From Candidatus Bathyarchaeia archaeon (GTDB lineage Archaea > Thermoproteota > Bathyarchaeia > Bathyarchaeales > Bathycorpusculaceae): DNA of 64,000 nt. Under the pieces are notes generated by a model. That model was not told the DNA's origin. It was given only the letters and a program-made list of their open reading frames with translations, and did no database searches. Below, piece after piece: positions 8,596 through 18,091 of this stretch (within the stretch, counting starts at the first letter, position 1; each line of letters opens with the position of its first letter). Made by a program: the position numbers and the translations under genes. The DNA is taken from contig JAWCLS010000001.1 in assembly GCA_038850545.1 (NCBI GenBank), positions 4,285 to 68,284 of the forward strand. Direction: 5' to 3'.

Positions 8596-9507
8596 CTATA
8601 GCTTTTTGGCGGCTTTCAACTCGTTTAACAGTTCCTCTGCGCTCTTGAAGGTTTTGGACGGCAGCTCCGCAAGCAACTCAGAAAGCCTAACCTGTTTTCC
8701 TTCCTCAATTTCCACGAGTCTCCATCCAACTTTTTTGATGAGCATGCTTTTTGGAGTTGGGTAACGGGTCCTTGCAACAACACTTTTCACAGATTCTAAA
8801 CCCGCCGAGCCAGTGATTTTTGGAAATTTTCCCTTCGTCAAATACTCCATAAAGCGTATTCCGTCTTCAAACATGGAGAGGTTGTTGAAAAGCACATAAA
8901 CCGTTTTACCCTCATCTTCGAAGGGTTTCACTAGTTCCTTCAGTTTTCGCAGCTCCTCGTCGCTGTACTGGTAATAGTAAAGTTCTTTGCCTAAGCCGTG
9001 AAGCCTAAAGTAGACGGTTTGGCTTGTGTAGGCAGGCAAAACCCTGAAAGGGTCTGTTACGTGCACAATGTCTAAGCTGCTTAGGACGCGGCTAAGCCTT
9101 TCATAGACTTCTGGTTTCTCCCATTCTGGCCCGCGGGTTTCCCAAACCAAAACAAAGCCTTCGCGGTCAACAGCCCTGAAGAATTTCTCTGCATCGCCGA
9201 GTTTTTCCGGTCTGAAGGAGCCGGGGGTTTGGATTAGCAGTATTTTCGCTTTTAGGGTTTTGCAGATTTGCTTCATGTTTTCGAAGGCTTTGAGGCATGC
9301 TTCGTCCAACTTCATTTTCGATTTGTGGCTTATGTCTTGATGGGCTTTAACTGTGAACTCGAAGTTTTCCGGGGCTTTTTCCCGCCAACTCGCAACGGTT
9401 TCTAGGCGCGGATACTCGTAAAATGTGCTGTTCAACTCCACAAGCGAATAATTTTCGAAATAGCGTTTCATTGAGGCTGGAAAGCCGCAGCACCCAACCT
9501 TAATCAT
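8596..9507 (-). CDS. DUF72 (UPF0759) family protein with a roughly 70-aa C-terminal extension
   Basis: MIKVGCCGFP...ELNSTFY is the DUF72 N-terminal signature. Confidence 0.8.
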   Translation of the reverse strand: MIKVGCCGFPASMKRYFENYSLVELNSTFYEYPRLETVASWREKAPENFEFTVKAHQDISHKSKMKLDEACLKAFENMKQICKTLKAKILLIQTPGSFRPEKLGDAEKFFRAVDREGFVLVWETRGPEWEKPEVYERLSRVLSSLDIVHVTDPFRVLPAYTSQTVYFRLHGLGKELYYYQYSDEELRKLKELVKPFEDEGKTVYVLFNNLSMFEDGIRFMEYLTKGKFPKITGSAGLESVKSVVARTRYPTPKSMLIKKVGWRLVEIEEGKQVRLSELLAELPSKTFKSAEELLNELKAAKKL

Positions 9508-9521
9508 GGCTTTTCACGCGC

Positions 9522-10346
9522 TTAGGTGCTTACTTTTGGGGGTGGGCGAACTGATTTCCCAAGCTTTTTGCGAAGTGCAATGCGGTAAAGTTTCCTTAAA
9601 GACTTCACGAGCTGTTCAACGCTCGGCAAGGCTGAATAGATTAGGGGTATGCGGTCGTATTCTGCCAGGCGAATTGAGTATTCGTCTGGTTTTACGCCGT
9701 GGAAAACGACTACGCTTGGTTTTAGGCTGCTCATTCGCACAAGCATCATAGGCGAGTTCTCATCTCCGATGTTCGTGAAGACAAGCGCCCTCTGGGTTGT
9801 GGCTCCAAAAAGCTGCGAATACTCAAAACCCGAAAGCGTCTCAATAGTTTTCTTGCTGTCAACAACAGTGTAGCCGTAAACCTCCTTAACATAGAGGCTT
9901 GAACACGCCGCAACCTCGCCTTTAAGGGCTTTACATAAATATTCAACACGAACGGGAATTGGAAATTCGCGTAAATCCAAAACAGCCATGCTGGGCGAAC
10001 TCGTCAGTCTAGCAAACTCCCGGATGAAACGGCTTCCCCTCTCCTCGTCAATTTTCAACAAGGCCCAAACAAACCTTCTCACAAACTTTGTTCCCGGACT
10101 CTTCCTCCGCCCGCTTTCATAGTCGCTTATTACAGAGGATGAAAGCAGCATCTTATCTGAAAGGGTTGTCTGGGAAACCGCGAAGAGCTCACGCCACTTC
10201 CTCATGGTTGCCCCAGGCTTGCTTGAGAGGATAATCTCCCCAGCGATTCTCCTTGCAAGAACCTCGCGAACACTGGGAGACACAGACATGCAAGCGCCCT
10301 TCCAGTCCGCCAAGTTCTCCCTAAAAGCGTGCAAGTATAAAACCAT
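9522..10346 (-). CDS. XRE-type HTH transcriptional regulator (COG1709-like)
   Basis: MRKWRELFAVSQTTLSDKMLLSSSVISDYESGRRKSPG is an XRE/HTH_3 signature followed by a conserved archaeal C-terminal domain. The true start may be the internal Met at 10289. Confidence 0.7.
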   Translation of the reverse strand: MVLYLHAFRENLADWKGACMSVSPSVREVLARRIAGEIILSSKPGATMRKWRELFAVSQTTLSDKMLLSSSVISDYESGRRKSPGTKFVRRFVWALLKIDEERGSRFIREFARLTSSPSMAVLDLREFPIPVRVEYLCKALKGEVAACSSLYVKEVYGYTVVDSKKTIETLSGFEYSQLFGATTQRALVFTNIGDENSPMMLVRMSSLKPSVVVFHGVKPDEYSIRLAEYDRIPLIYSALPSVEQLVKSLRKLYRIALRKKLGKSVRPPPKVST

Positions 10347-10401
10347 ACCGCTTTTAAAGGCTTATGTCATCAAAGAGAAGCGCCCTATGAAACGCCTAAA
10401 C

Positions 10402-11295
10402 CTAAACCATGAAAATTAAGAGAGTCCCTAAAACAATTATGATGGAGCCGACGGCAACTTTTGCAGTGACCTTTTCGCGGAGAAAAGCGATTCCTGACAT
10501 TGTTGAAAATAGCGGTGTTGTTGAAGATATGGGAACAGCCTGCGATTCTGGAATGTGAGAGAAACTTAAAGCTAGAAGAAACCATCCTAACCCTAGGGCG
10601 ATTATTCCCCCAGCCAGCAGCATGGCAGCCGTCCTCCTTTTCATCTTAAAAAATTTGAATCCTCTCTGGGTTGTTGGGGTGAATACAAGTAGAAAAGCTG
10701 CAATCGCTGCTATTCTAAGGGTGTTAACTGCAAAGGCATGCTCCAAACTGGATGCTTCCTTCATGGCTAAATTAACCATTGATATGCTTATAGACCAGAC
10801 AACGGCTGTCACTAAAGCTATAACTACGCCTCTAACCATCAAGCTTCTCCGCATTTTCGCCTTGTCAGTTTCGCCCTCTTGGCTTAGAAGCCAAATTCCC
10901 AAAACAATAGCCACAGCTGCAAAAACAACGGGCAGTGTGACGTTTTCTCCTGCTAATAGGGCGGCCCAAACAAGGCTGAAAAGCGGATACGTGCAAGTTA
11001 TTGGAACAGCCCGCGCCACGCCTAGGATTTTTAGGCTAAACATGTATAGGGTGTCGCCTAGCCCCAAGCCAATCAGCCCGCTGACACAGGCAAGAAAAAC
11101 CACGTAGGCTGACAGACCCGCTAAAATGCCGATTCTGCCCAAAAAAGCTAAACATAAAATTAGGAATATGCTTGTTCCAAGGCAGCGCACAGTGTTAGCC
11201 GTTAAGGGTTTAGTCTCAGCTAAAGCTCCCTTATACAAGACGGCTGAAACAGTCCAGCATATGGCAGCGCCTAAGGCTGCAAGCTCGCCAATCAT
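10402..11295 (-). CDS. EamA/DMT-family transporter
   Basis: 297 aa, about 10 TM segments and two EamA-like halves. Confidence 0.85.
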   Translation of the reverse strand: MIGELAALGAAICWTVSAVLYKGALAETKPLTANTVRCLGTSIFLILCLAFLGRIGILAGLSAYVVFLACVSGLIGLGLGDTLYMFSLKILGVARAVPITCTYPLFSLVWAALLAGENVTLPVVFAAVAIVLGIWLLSQEGETDKAKMRRSLMVRGVVIALVTAVVWSISISMVNLAMKEASSLEHAFAVNTLRIAAIAAFLLVFTPTTQRGFKFFKMKRRTAAMLLAGGIIALGLGWFLLALSFSHIPESQAVPISSTTPLFSTMSGIAFLREKVTAKVAVGSIIIVLGTLLIFMV

Positions 11296-11382
11296 TTTAT
11301 GTCCTTCAACTTTTACTTTAAAGCGCTTTAATGGTGAATGCTGAGCTGTTAAATATTTAATGTTTTACAATGTAAGATTGGG

Positions 11383-12084
11383 ATGGCTATGTCGTTCATT
11401 GTCTATTGGTGCGCTGAAGTCTCTGAAAGGTTTCCCAAGCTTGCCGTGGGCATAGGCGCAATAAATAATGTGCTTGTGGAGGGGGAGAATGAAAAGATCC
11501 GGGAACTGAAAAGGGTGGTTTACGAGAAAGTTAAAGCCAGACATGACTTAGAAAAGTTGAAGGACGATCCAGTTGTGAGGGCTTACCGAGATTTTTACTG
11601 GAAACTAGGCATAGACCCGACGAAAATAAGGCCTTCAGGCGAAGCCTTGCTGAGGCGCGTCTTAAGGGGCAATGAACTTCCAACAATTTCCACGGCGGTG
11701 GACGCTTATAATTTGGCTTCAATGGAGACGATAGTTCCCATAAGCGGCTTCGACGCGGAAAAGCTTAACCCGCCCTTCCACGTGCGCTTTGCAGAAAACG
11801 GAGAAGAATTCACAGGAATTGGGATGGATAGGCCTATGCTCTTAACGGATAAAATGCTTGTCTTGGCTGACGGCAAACGCGTTCTATGCATTTATCCCCA
11901 CAGAGATGCAGACTACACAAAGATAACGGAGAAAACAAAAAACATTCTCATAGTTGGGTACGGCGCCCCTAGAATAAGCACACGGCAACTAGAAGAAGTT
12001 GTTAAAACGGCTTTGGAATACATTAAAATTGCTTGCGGAGGAGAAATCCAAACGGTAAAAGTTTTCAGCGCCGAACACGAATAA
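11383..12084 (+). CDS. B3/B4 tRNA-binding domain protein (PheT B3_4-like)
   Basis: ...RPSGEALLRRVLRGNELPTISTAVDAYNLASMETIVPISGFD... is typical of stand-alone B3/4 domain proteins. Confidence 0.75.
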   Translation: MAMSFIVYWCAEVSERFPKLAVGIGAINNVLVEGENEKIRELKRVVYEKVKARHDLEKLKDDPVVRAYRDFYWKLGIDPTKIRPSGEALLRRVLRGNELPTISTAVDAYNLASMETIVPISGFDAEKLNPPFHVRFAENGEEFTGIGMDRPMLLTDKMLVLADGKRVLCIYPHRDADYTKITEKTKNILIVGYGAPRISTRQLEEVVKTALEYIKIACGGEIQTVKVFSAEHE

Positions 12085-12085
12085 A

Positions 12086-12874
12086 GTGTGGGGTGCCAAA
12101 GGCTTGTCTTTCAGCGCTAAAATGGAGGAAAACGCGAAAAACAAGGAATCCAACATTGTTTTAGCCTTGGACTTTCCCTTTGAAAAACCTGAAAACCGTG
12201 AAATTCTCTACAATAGTGCGGAGCATGTTTTAGAGGCTGTTCACCCCTACATTTGTGCTGTAAAGTTTAACCATCACCTCGTTCTTCCGCTAGGCACTTT
12301 TAACGGCGTCCAAAAGCTCGTGAGAAAGGCGCATGAAAAAGGGTTAATGACAATAATGGACTGCAAAGTGAACGATATAGGCTCAACAAACCAAATTATC
12401 GCAGAATACTATTATGCGGCTGGCTTTGACGCTTTAATAGCGAACCCCTTCGTGGGGTGGGAAGAGGGCTTAAAACCCGTCTTTGAATTTGCAAAAAATC
12501 TGCAGAGGGGCGTAATCCTCCTCGTTTACATGAGTCATAAAGGAGCGAGCGAAGGCTACGGACAGAAAGTCTATGATGCAGAAACTATGCGTAAAACTCC
12601 TCAATACGTCCTGTTTGCGAGGAAAGCTCTGAAATGGGGTGCTGACGGTGTTGTGGTCGGCGCGACATACCCTGAAAAAATAAGAGAGGTTCGCGAAGTG
12701 GTGGGCGGAAAAATTCCAGTATATTCGCCTGGCGTTGGCGTTCAGGGCGGGGAAATAGAATCTGCTTTGAAGGCTGGCGCCAGCTACCTCATCGTGGGAC
12801 GCGCAATAACCCTTTCAGAGAACCCCGCTGAATCCGCTGAGAAAATTAGGAACATGGCAAAACGCTTTAAATAA
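12086..12874 (+). CDS. pyrF: orotidine 5'-phosphate decarboxylase
   Basis: IVLALDF, DCKVNDIGSTN and VGRAI motifs are present. The ORF has a GTG start at 12086 and an alternative ATG at 12122. Confidence 0.9.
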   Translation: MWGAKGLSFSAKMEENAKNKESNIVLALDFPFEKPENREILYNSAEHVLEAVHPYICAVKFNHHLVLPLGTFNGVQKLVRKAHEKGLMTIMDCKVNDIGSTNQIIAEYYYAAGFDALIANPFVGWEEGLKPVFEFAKNLQRGVILLVYMSHKGASEGYGQKVYDAETMRKTPQYVLFARKALKWGADGVVVGATYPEKIREVREVVGGKIPVYSPGVGVQGGEIESALKAGASYLIVGRAITLSENPAESAEKIRNMAKRFK

Positions 12875-12896
12875 GCCTTAAAGGGTTTAAAAGCGT

Positions 12897-13049
12897 TTAT
12901 CTTTCTCTTCTCTCCCAAAGCTCTTTTTTAAGCAGATCCCTCACGGCCGACCTTATTGCGGCGCTTCTGCTTGGGTACATGTTCGCCCTCACAAGCTCAT
13001 CTAACCCTTCAAGGTAAGCTTCAGGTAGTAATACGGTTACGAGTTTCAT
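12897..13049 (-). CDS. ribbon-helix-helix (CopG/MetJ-like) small protein, 50 aa, absent from the supplied ORF track
   Basis: Hand translation gives MKLVTVLLPEAYLEGLDELVRANMYPSRSAAIRSAVRDLLKKELWERRER. This is the classic RHH pattern (beta strand, then SRSE/A-IR helix). Confidence 0.7.
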   Translation of the reverse strand: MKLVTVLLPEAYLEGLDELVRANMYPSRSAAIRSAVRDLLKKELWERRER

Positions 13050-13097
13050 GTTTCCACCAAACATGTTATGCATATAACATGTGGCAAATATAAAACT

Positions 13098-13445
13098 TTA
13101 ACAAAGTTTCCGACTAATGCTCTCCTCAACCGCCTGCAGTTCCCTCATTACACTTTGAAAGGTCTTAGGTATGTCCTCCACGTGTAGGACGCGGCGGCGG
13201 ATTCCCTCTTGGACTGTTCCCGCTGCAACTAGGATGCTTCCTATAATGTCGGTTATAGTTGGGTCTGGAAAAAGTATTAGTGCCAAGCCAAGCTTGATTA
13301 ACCAAGGTTTTTCGCCGTTTTTAAACAATTTTTTAGTTGCTTTCACCTCTTTTATTGTCTCCTCCAAAGAGTGCAGAAAATCCACGTAACTCCCACCTAA
13401 TTCATTTAATGCGTTGGCAACTGTTTTCATCTCGTCCGTTTTCAT
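13098..13445 (-). CDS. hypothetical small membrane-associated protein
   Basis: 115 aa with an SD GAGGGTGA 4 nt upstream of the ATG. It has a central hydrophobic stretch WLIKLGLALILFPDP...ILVAAGTV. Confidence 0.6.
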   Translation of the reverse strand: MKTDEMKTVANALNELGGSYVDFLHSLEETIKEVKATKKLFKNGEKPWLIKLGLALILFPDPTITDIIGSILVAAGTVQEGIRRRVLHVEDIPKTFQSVMRELQAVEESISRKLC

Positions 13446-13709
13446 TGAGTCACCCTCATGTTTTAGAGGTATAAAACATATTTGCAGAAAAACTTTAGGA
13501 GGCCAAAGTTTCCCTTTGCGCGGCTTTTTCGGCTAAGAAGCACGGCAAGTTTTAAAAATCTCATTCAAACCTGAACAATTTTTCCTCAAATTTTGTATTT
13601 AACGAGTGAAAATTTTGAAACGTTTTGAATGGCAAATCCTACCAAAAATATTATTTTCGAAGCGGGTAATCTTAAAATATGCTTGAAATAATGCGTTGGG
13701 GTTGTTGGC

Positions 13710-14153
13710 TTGTTAGATGAACATTACGGGTTTATTCTGCTTTCGGATGAGAAATGGTGGAATAGGCTTTGTGAGCGGAGCAGAAGCGGCCATGAAACGC
13801 ACGCTTTTGTGCGCAGAAGCCTTGTAGGGCCCAAGGAAACCCAGAAACTGCTTTTTTATGTTAAGCGTCCCTTAACACAAATCCGAGGCGTTGCAGATTT
13901 CATCGAGCGTTTGGCTGGAGACTATAAGGAGTTATGGGTTAAGTATGGTGGTGAAACATGTCTAAAATCCTTTGAAGAGTATTTGGATTTTCTTCAAGGA
14001 AGACGTAAGGCAACCTTCATTAGGTTTAAAAATTTCCGCGAGTTTGAAGTGCCAGTTTCCATGGAAGCAATAGCTAAGGTTTTGGGCATTTTAAGAGTGC
14101 CTCGAGGGGGCAAATACATAAATCGTGAAATGGTAAATCAGTTAACTGTTTAA
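13710..14153 (+). CDS. hypothetical protein (possibly PUA/ASCH-like fold)
   Basis: 147-aa ORF with a TTG start. The fold guess is weak. Confidence 0.5.
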   Translation: MLDEHYGFILLSDEKWWNRLCERSRSGHETHAFVRRSLVGPKETQKLLFYVKRPLTQIRGVADFIERLAGDYKELWVKYGGETCLKSFEEYLDFLQGRRKATFIRFKNFREFEVPVSMEAIAKVLGILRVPRGGKYINREMVNQLTV

Positions 14154-14169
14154 AGGAGTGCAGTTCAAC

Positions 14170-15372
14170 ATGGAACGCTTTGACCCGAAAAAGTTTGTTG
14201 AAAACCAAGTTGAAGAGACACGAAAAAATATTGGTAATGAGAGGGCTCTGGTTGCTGTTTCAGGCGGTGTTGACAGCACAACATGCGCTGTTTTAACGCG
14301 TAAGGCCATAGGTGAAAACCTCATCTGCGTAATTTTGGATGACGCTTTCATGCGGGAAGGCGAACCTGAAAAAGTGGCGAAAATCCTATCCAGAGAACCC
14401 TTCAATGTGCCAGTTAAAATAGTTGATGTCCGCGAGCGCTTTCTAAACGCCATGAAAGGTTTAAGAGACGCCGAAGAAAAGCGGAAAAAATTCCGCGAGA
14501 CTTTTTACACGGTTTTAAGCGAGACAGCCAAAAAAGAAAATTGCCGCGTTCTGGTGCAGGGCACAATCCGCGCTGACATTTTGGAAACGGTCGGCGGCGT
14601 TAAAACCCAGCACAACGTTCTTGAGCAGATGGGCATAAACCCCATGGAAAAGTTCGGCTTCAAAGTTGTTGAGCCCTTATTGGCGCTTTATAAGGAACAA
14701 GTGCGAATGGTTGCGAGATATCTGGGTTTGCCGTCGGAGGTTTCTGAAAGGCAACCTTTTCCAGGGCCAGGCCTTTCAGTGCGCGTAGTCGGCGAAATCC
14801 GCTTAGATAAGCTGGAAACTTTGAAGAAGGCGACAGCCATAGTTGAAAGCGCACTTGCAGAGCATAAGCCAAGCCAGTACTTCGCCGCAATAATCGACAA
14901 CGAGGAGTCTCAGGCTGAACCTTCCGTGACGCATGTGCGTGAAACTGTAGCACGTTTCCTAAATGTCCCATCAAGAAGCGTCAACGTGAAAGTTTTCAAG
15001 GATAAAGCCACGGGAGTGAAGGGCGGCGAAAGACGTTACGGCAAAATAATCGGCTTAAAAGTTGAAACCGCAGATGGGAAGGTCTATCAGACCGCCATCC
15101 GTAATGTTGTCTCTGTGCAGGCAAAAATAATTGATGAAAACCCAGCCATAACAAGAGTCCTTTATGCCGTAAGGGACACGCCTGAAAAGAAGCCCTACAC
15201 TGTGAGCATAAGAGCTGTTCAAACAAAAGATTTCCTAACAGCGCAAGTTTCTGAAATTCCTTGGAAAACACTGGATAAGGCTGCGGCTGAAATCCATGAA
15301 AAATGCCCAAATGTCTCAACAATATATTATGATGTTACACCTAAGCCGCCAGCAACAATTGAGATGGAGTAA
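14170..15372 (+). CDS. guaA: GMP synthase subunit B-like PP-loop ATP pyrophosphatase with a duplicated C-terminal domain
   Basis: PP-loop VAVSGGVDSTT, QPFPGPGL and the C-terminal YYDVTPKPPATIEME are present. The AAGGAG SD favours ATG 14170 over the GTG at 14158. The protein is about 100 aa longer than typical GuaA-B. Confidence 0.8.
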   Translation: MERFDPKKFVENQVEETRKNIGNERALVAVSGGVDSTTCAVLTRKAIGENLICVILDDAFMREGEPEKVAKILSREPFNVPVKIVDVRERFLNAMKGLRDAEEKRKKFRETFYTVLSETAKKENCRVLVQGTIRADILETVGGVKTQHNVLEQMGINPMEKFGFKVVEPLLALYKEQVRMVARYLGLPSEVSERQPFPGPGLSVRVVGEIRLDKLETLKKATAIVESALAEHKPSQYFAAIIDNEESQAEPSVTHVRETVARFLNVPSRSVNVKVFKDKATGVKGGERRYGKIIGLKVETADGKVYQTAIRNVVSVQAKIIDENPAITRVLYAVRDTPEKKPYTVSIRAVQTKDFLTAQVSEIPWKTLDKAAAEIHEKCPNVSTIYYDVTPKPPATIEME

Positions 15373-15465
15373 GCCACGCTAAAATACGCTTCCTATTTGC
15401 CCCTTTCTCAAGACTGTTATAAAATGGTTAAACTCTAAATAGAGGTTTCCACATTTTCTTTGTAG

Positions 15466-15798
15466 ATGTGTATGTTTCGCGTGAGAGTCAACAAAATTGA
15501 GTCTATTCGCGACATCGACGGAAACCTTGGAAAACGTATTGAACTTGTTGAGGAAAGGCAGATCCCCCAGTTCACAATTAGACCCCAAAGCGAAGAGGCG
15601 AGGGTTGCGCAGGAAGTTTTTCAAGCTTTACAGCAGCAGCTGCCCATATTTCCAGCAAAGGCGCAGTTCACAATTCCAAAGATAATACTTTTCCTAACAG
15701 AGCAGGAATATGAAAGCCTAGGCATAGCCTTCGACGTAAACCAAATTTACGAGATAACCCTTGAAAACAAGGCGATAAAATTCAAGAAAACCGCATAA
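15466..15798 (+). CDS. hypothetical protein
   Basis: 110-aa ORF in an otherwise empty gap, with no recognisable family. Confidence 0.5.
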   Translation: MCMFRVRVNKIESIRDIDGNLGKRIELVEERQIPQFTIRPQSEEARVAQEVFQALQQQLPIFPAKAQFTIPKIILFLTEQEYESLGIAFDVNQIYEITLENKAIKFKKTA

Positions 15799-16219
15799 TC
15801 TCCTTCCTAATTTTCCTTAAAGCCGAATACTTCGGATGAAAAGACAACACAAACATCATGCTTCTTAAGGCGCTGCAAACCTTCTTCACACTGGACTTCT
15901 TATTTCTATCGCAGTATAATGGAACAGGCTCTTCTTTGCCGTCTTTGTAGTAAACATATATTGGTGCTGCCCTGCTCTTCAAAGTTACAATTTCAATGTC
16001 TAAATTCAGCGTTCTAGCCGCCTTTTCAGCCGCTGCACTTACAGATTTTAGTCTCTTTCGGCAAGAAGCCAAGTTTGAGGCATAAACCAGAAGTTTTCCG
16101 CGGTTAGCCTCCAGCAAACCTAAACCTCCAAAACTCAATTTCAAAAGTTTGCTTTTAAAATAAGCGGCGAAAAGACAAAAACGCCCTTCGGAGAGAGATA
16201 AGTTAAAGTGAAGACTCAT
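15782..16219 (-). CDS. hypothetical protein
   Basis: 145-aa ORF, no recognisable family. It overlaps the previous gene convergently by 17 nt. Confidence 0.45.
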   Translation of the reverse strand: MSLHFNLSLSEGRFCLFAAYFKSKLLKLSFGGLGLLEANRGKLLVYASNLASCRKRLKSVSAAAEKAARTLNLDIEIVTLKSRAAPIYVYYKDGKEEPVPLYCDRNKKSSVKKVCSALRSMMFVLSFHPKYSALRKIRKEIMRFS

Positions 16220-16244
16220 AAACGCCTAAACACTGTAAAATTTA

Positions 16245-16550
16245 TTGCCCGCAGACAAGAGAAGGGTGGTTGTCATGAAGGTTAGGGCGCATGTGCTTGT
16301 GAGTGGTCGCGTTCAGGGAGTTTTCTTCAGGTCTGAAACTAGATATGAAGCAAAAACGCGAGGCGTTAAGGGTTGGGTTCGCAACACGCCAGACGGCAGA
16401 GTTGAAGCAGTCTTCGAAGGCGAAGAAGAAGCTGTCAAAGAGCTTATAGAATTTTGCAAGCGTGGGCCGCCCGGCGCAAGAGTCACCAAAGTTGATGTTA
16501 AACGGGAAGCTTACACCGGAGAGTTCAGGGATTTTGAGATAAGGTACTAG
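16245..16550 (+). CDS. acyP: acylphosphatase
   Basis: [41 protein letters not shown] is the acylphosphatase signature. The likely real start is MKVRAHV at 16275. Confidence 0.9.
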   Translation: MPADKRRVVVMKVRAHVLVSGRVQGVFFRSETRYEAKTRGVKGWVRNTPDGRVEAVFEGEEEAVKELIEFCKRGPPGARVTKVDVKREAYTGEFRDFEIRY

Positions 16551-16558
16551 CCGTTCTG

Positions 16559-16969
16559 TTAAAATTTCTTCTTCGGAACCCTAAAGTGGGATTCTTTTCC
16601 GGCGCTTACGTAGTCTCCGCCTAAACCGCGCACAATGGAGGCTATTTTTGCAAAATTTTCAGAGCCTAAAAACTGGCGGGGCTTTATCACTATAAACTCG
16701 TCCCTCTCCTCAAAGTTGAGTAGACCCTCTAAATCCTCTGGAAATGTCATCTTAACATCATCTATTCCCCTTCCCTTCTCCACCTCAACCTCTTCCGGCG
16801 ATGGTGCGGGTGGGGAAGGCGGAGCAAACTGCGAAACCGCAAAAGATTTAAGCGATGTGGAAACCATTCGGAGGTCTTCTGCAATGCTGTTTAAAACCAC
16901 AAGCAGCTCATCAACCCTCTCTATAAGTTTTTCAACCTTCTCCCTTTCAACACTCATACATGCGCACAT
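16559..16969 (-). CDS. hypothetical protein (coiled-coil N-terminus, Pro-rich linker, conserved C-terminal domain)
   Basis: 136-aa ORF with no recognised family. Confidence 0.5.
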   Translation of the reverse strand: MCACMSVEREKVEKLIERVDELLVVLNSIAEDLRMVSTSLKSFAVSQFAPPSPPAPSPEEVEVEKGRGIDDVKMTFPEDLEGLLNFEERDEFIVIKPRQFLGSENFAKIASIVRGLGGDYVSAGKESHFRVPKKKF

Positions 16970-17030
16970 CCTCTCAAATTCTTATAGCTCTTAGGCTGTA
17001 TTTATTAATTGTTTATGCGCTAAACCCATA

Positions 17031-18089
17031 ATGAAAGGGAGCCCGTTGTCGTTGATTGAAATTGATGGGAGCCAAAAAAGCGGAAGCGGAACAATACTTA
17101 GGCTTTCAGTAGCCCTAGCGTCAATGCTTGGAAAGCCCCTCCACATATACAACATTAGGCAGAATAGGCCTCAGCCAGGGTTAAGGCCTCAACACTTGGA
17201 AGCCGTATTAACCGCGGCTAAACTCTGCGAAGCCCAAGTGAAAGGAGCAACGCTGAACTCCCGAGAGCTTTGGTTCACCCCAAAAGAAGTCTTAGGCGGA
17301 AAATTCGAGGCTGAAATTGGCACAGCAGGCAGCATCCCAATGCTTATCATGACGGTTCTGCCCATATGCATTTTCGCAAAAAACAGGGTTAATCTTCACA
17401 TTTCTAAGGGTGGAACAGATGTTTCCCATTCGCCAACAATAAACTATATGCGAAACGTGTTTCTACCCGTATTAAAGCGCATGGGAATAGACGCGTCTAT
17501 AACAGTTCACAAGTATGGCTATTACCCGAAGGGCATGGGCGAGGTAACCCTAACTGTTGAGCCTTGCAAGGAGCTGAAGCCGCTGCGTTTAGAAGAGTTC
17601 GGCGCCTTAACAGCCATCAAAGGAGTTTCAGTTTGCACCTTCCTAACTGAAAGAAAAGTTGCCGAACGCCAAGCAACCGCAGCAAATAACTATTTAAAGG
17701 CTAAAGGCGCCGCCGCCGACATACAAATAATAAATGACCAGTCGAATCCTCTGCAGAAGGGGAGTTCCCTAGTTTTGTGGGCTGAAACTGACAAAGGCGC
17801 CTTGCTGGGCGCAGACGCCATAGGGGAACCCAGAAAAACAAGTGAGGCTGTTGGAGTGGAAGCCGCTGAAAAACTATGGATGGAGATTTCTGCAAAGGCC
17901 ACGGTCGACGTGCACTTGGCTGACATGCTAATTCCCTACGTAGCCCTAGCTAGGGGCAAATCGGCATACCTAACAAGAAGCGTTTCCGACCATTTGGAAA
18001 CAAACATTTGGCTTGCCGAGGCTCTTCTCGGAGTTAAGTTCAAAATCGAAAAAGTCAACGGGCTCTACAAAGTGGAAAAGGTTGACTAA
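17031..18089 (+). CDS. rtcA: RNA 3'-terminal phosphate cyclase
   Basis: GSQKSGSGTILRLSVALAS plus full-length RtcA similarity (352 aa). Confidence 0.9.
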   Translation: MKGSPLSLIEIDGSQKSGSGTILRLSVALASMLGKPLHIYNIRQNRPQPGLRPQHLEAVLTAAKLCEAQVKGATLNSRELWFTPKEVLGGKFEAEIGTAGSIPMLIMTVLPICIFAKNRVNLHISKGGTDVSHSPTINYMRNVFLPVLKRMGIDASITVHKYGYYPKGMGEVTLTVEPCKELKPLRLEEFGALTAIKGVSVCTFLTERKVAERQATAANNYLKAKGAAADIQIINDQSNPLQKGSSLVLWAETDKGALLGADAIGEPRKTSEAVGVEAAEKLWMEISAKATVDVHLADMLIPYVALARGKSAYLTRSVSDHLETNIWLAEALLGVKFKIEKVNGLYKVEKVD

Positions 18090-18091
18090 CT

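Noticed and set aside
10622-11107. 161-aa ORF antisense to the EamA transporter
   Set aside because: This is a mirror-frame artefact of a hydrophobic membrane gene, with no motif support.
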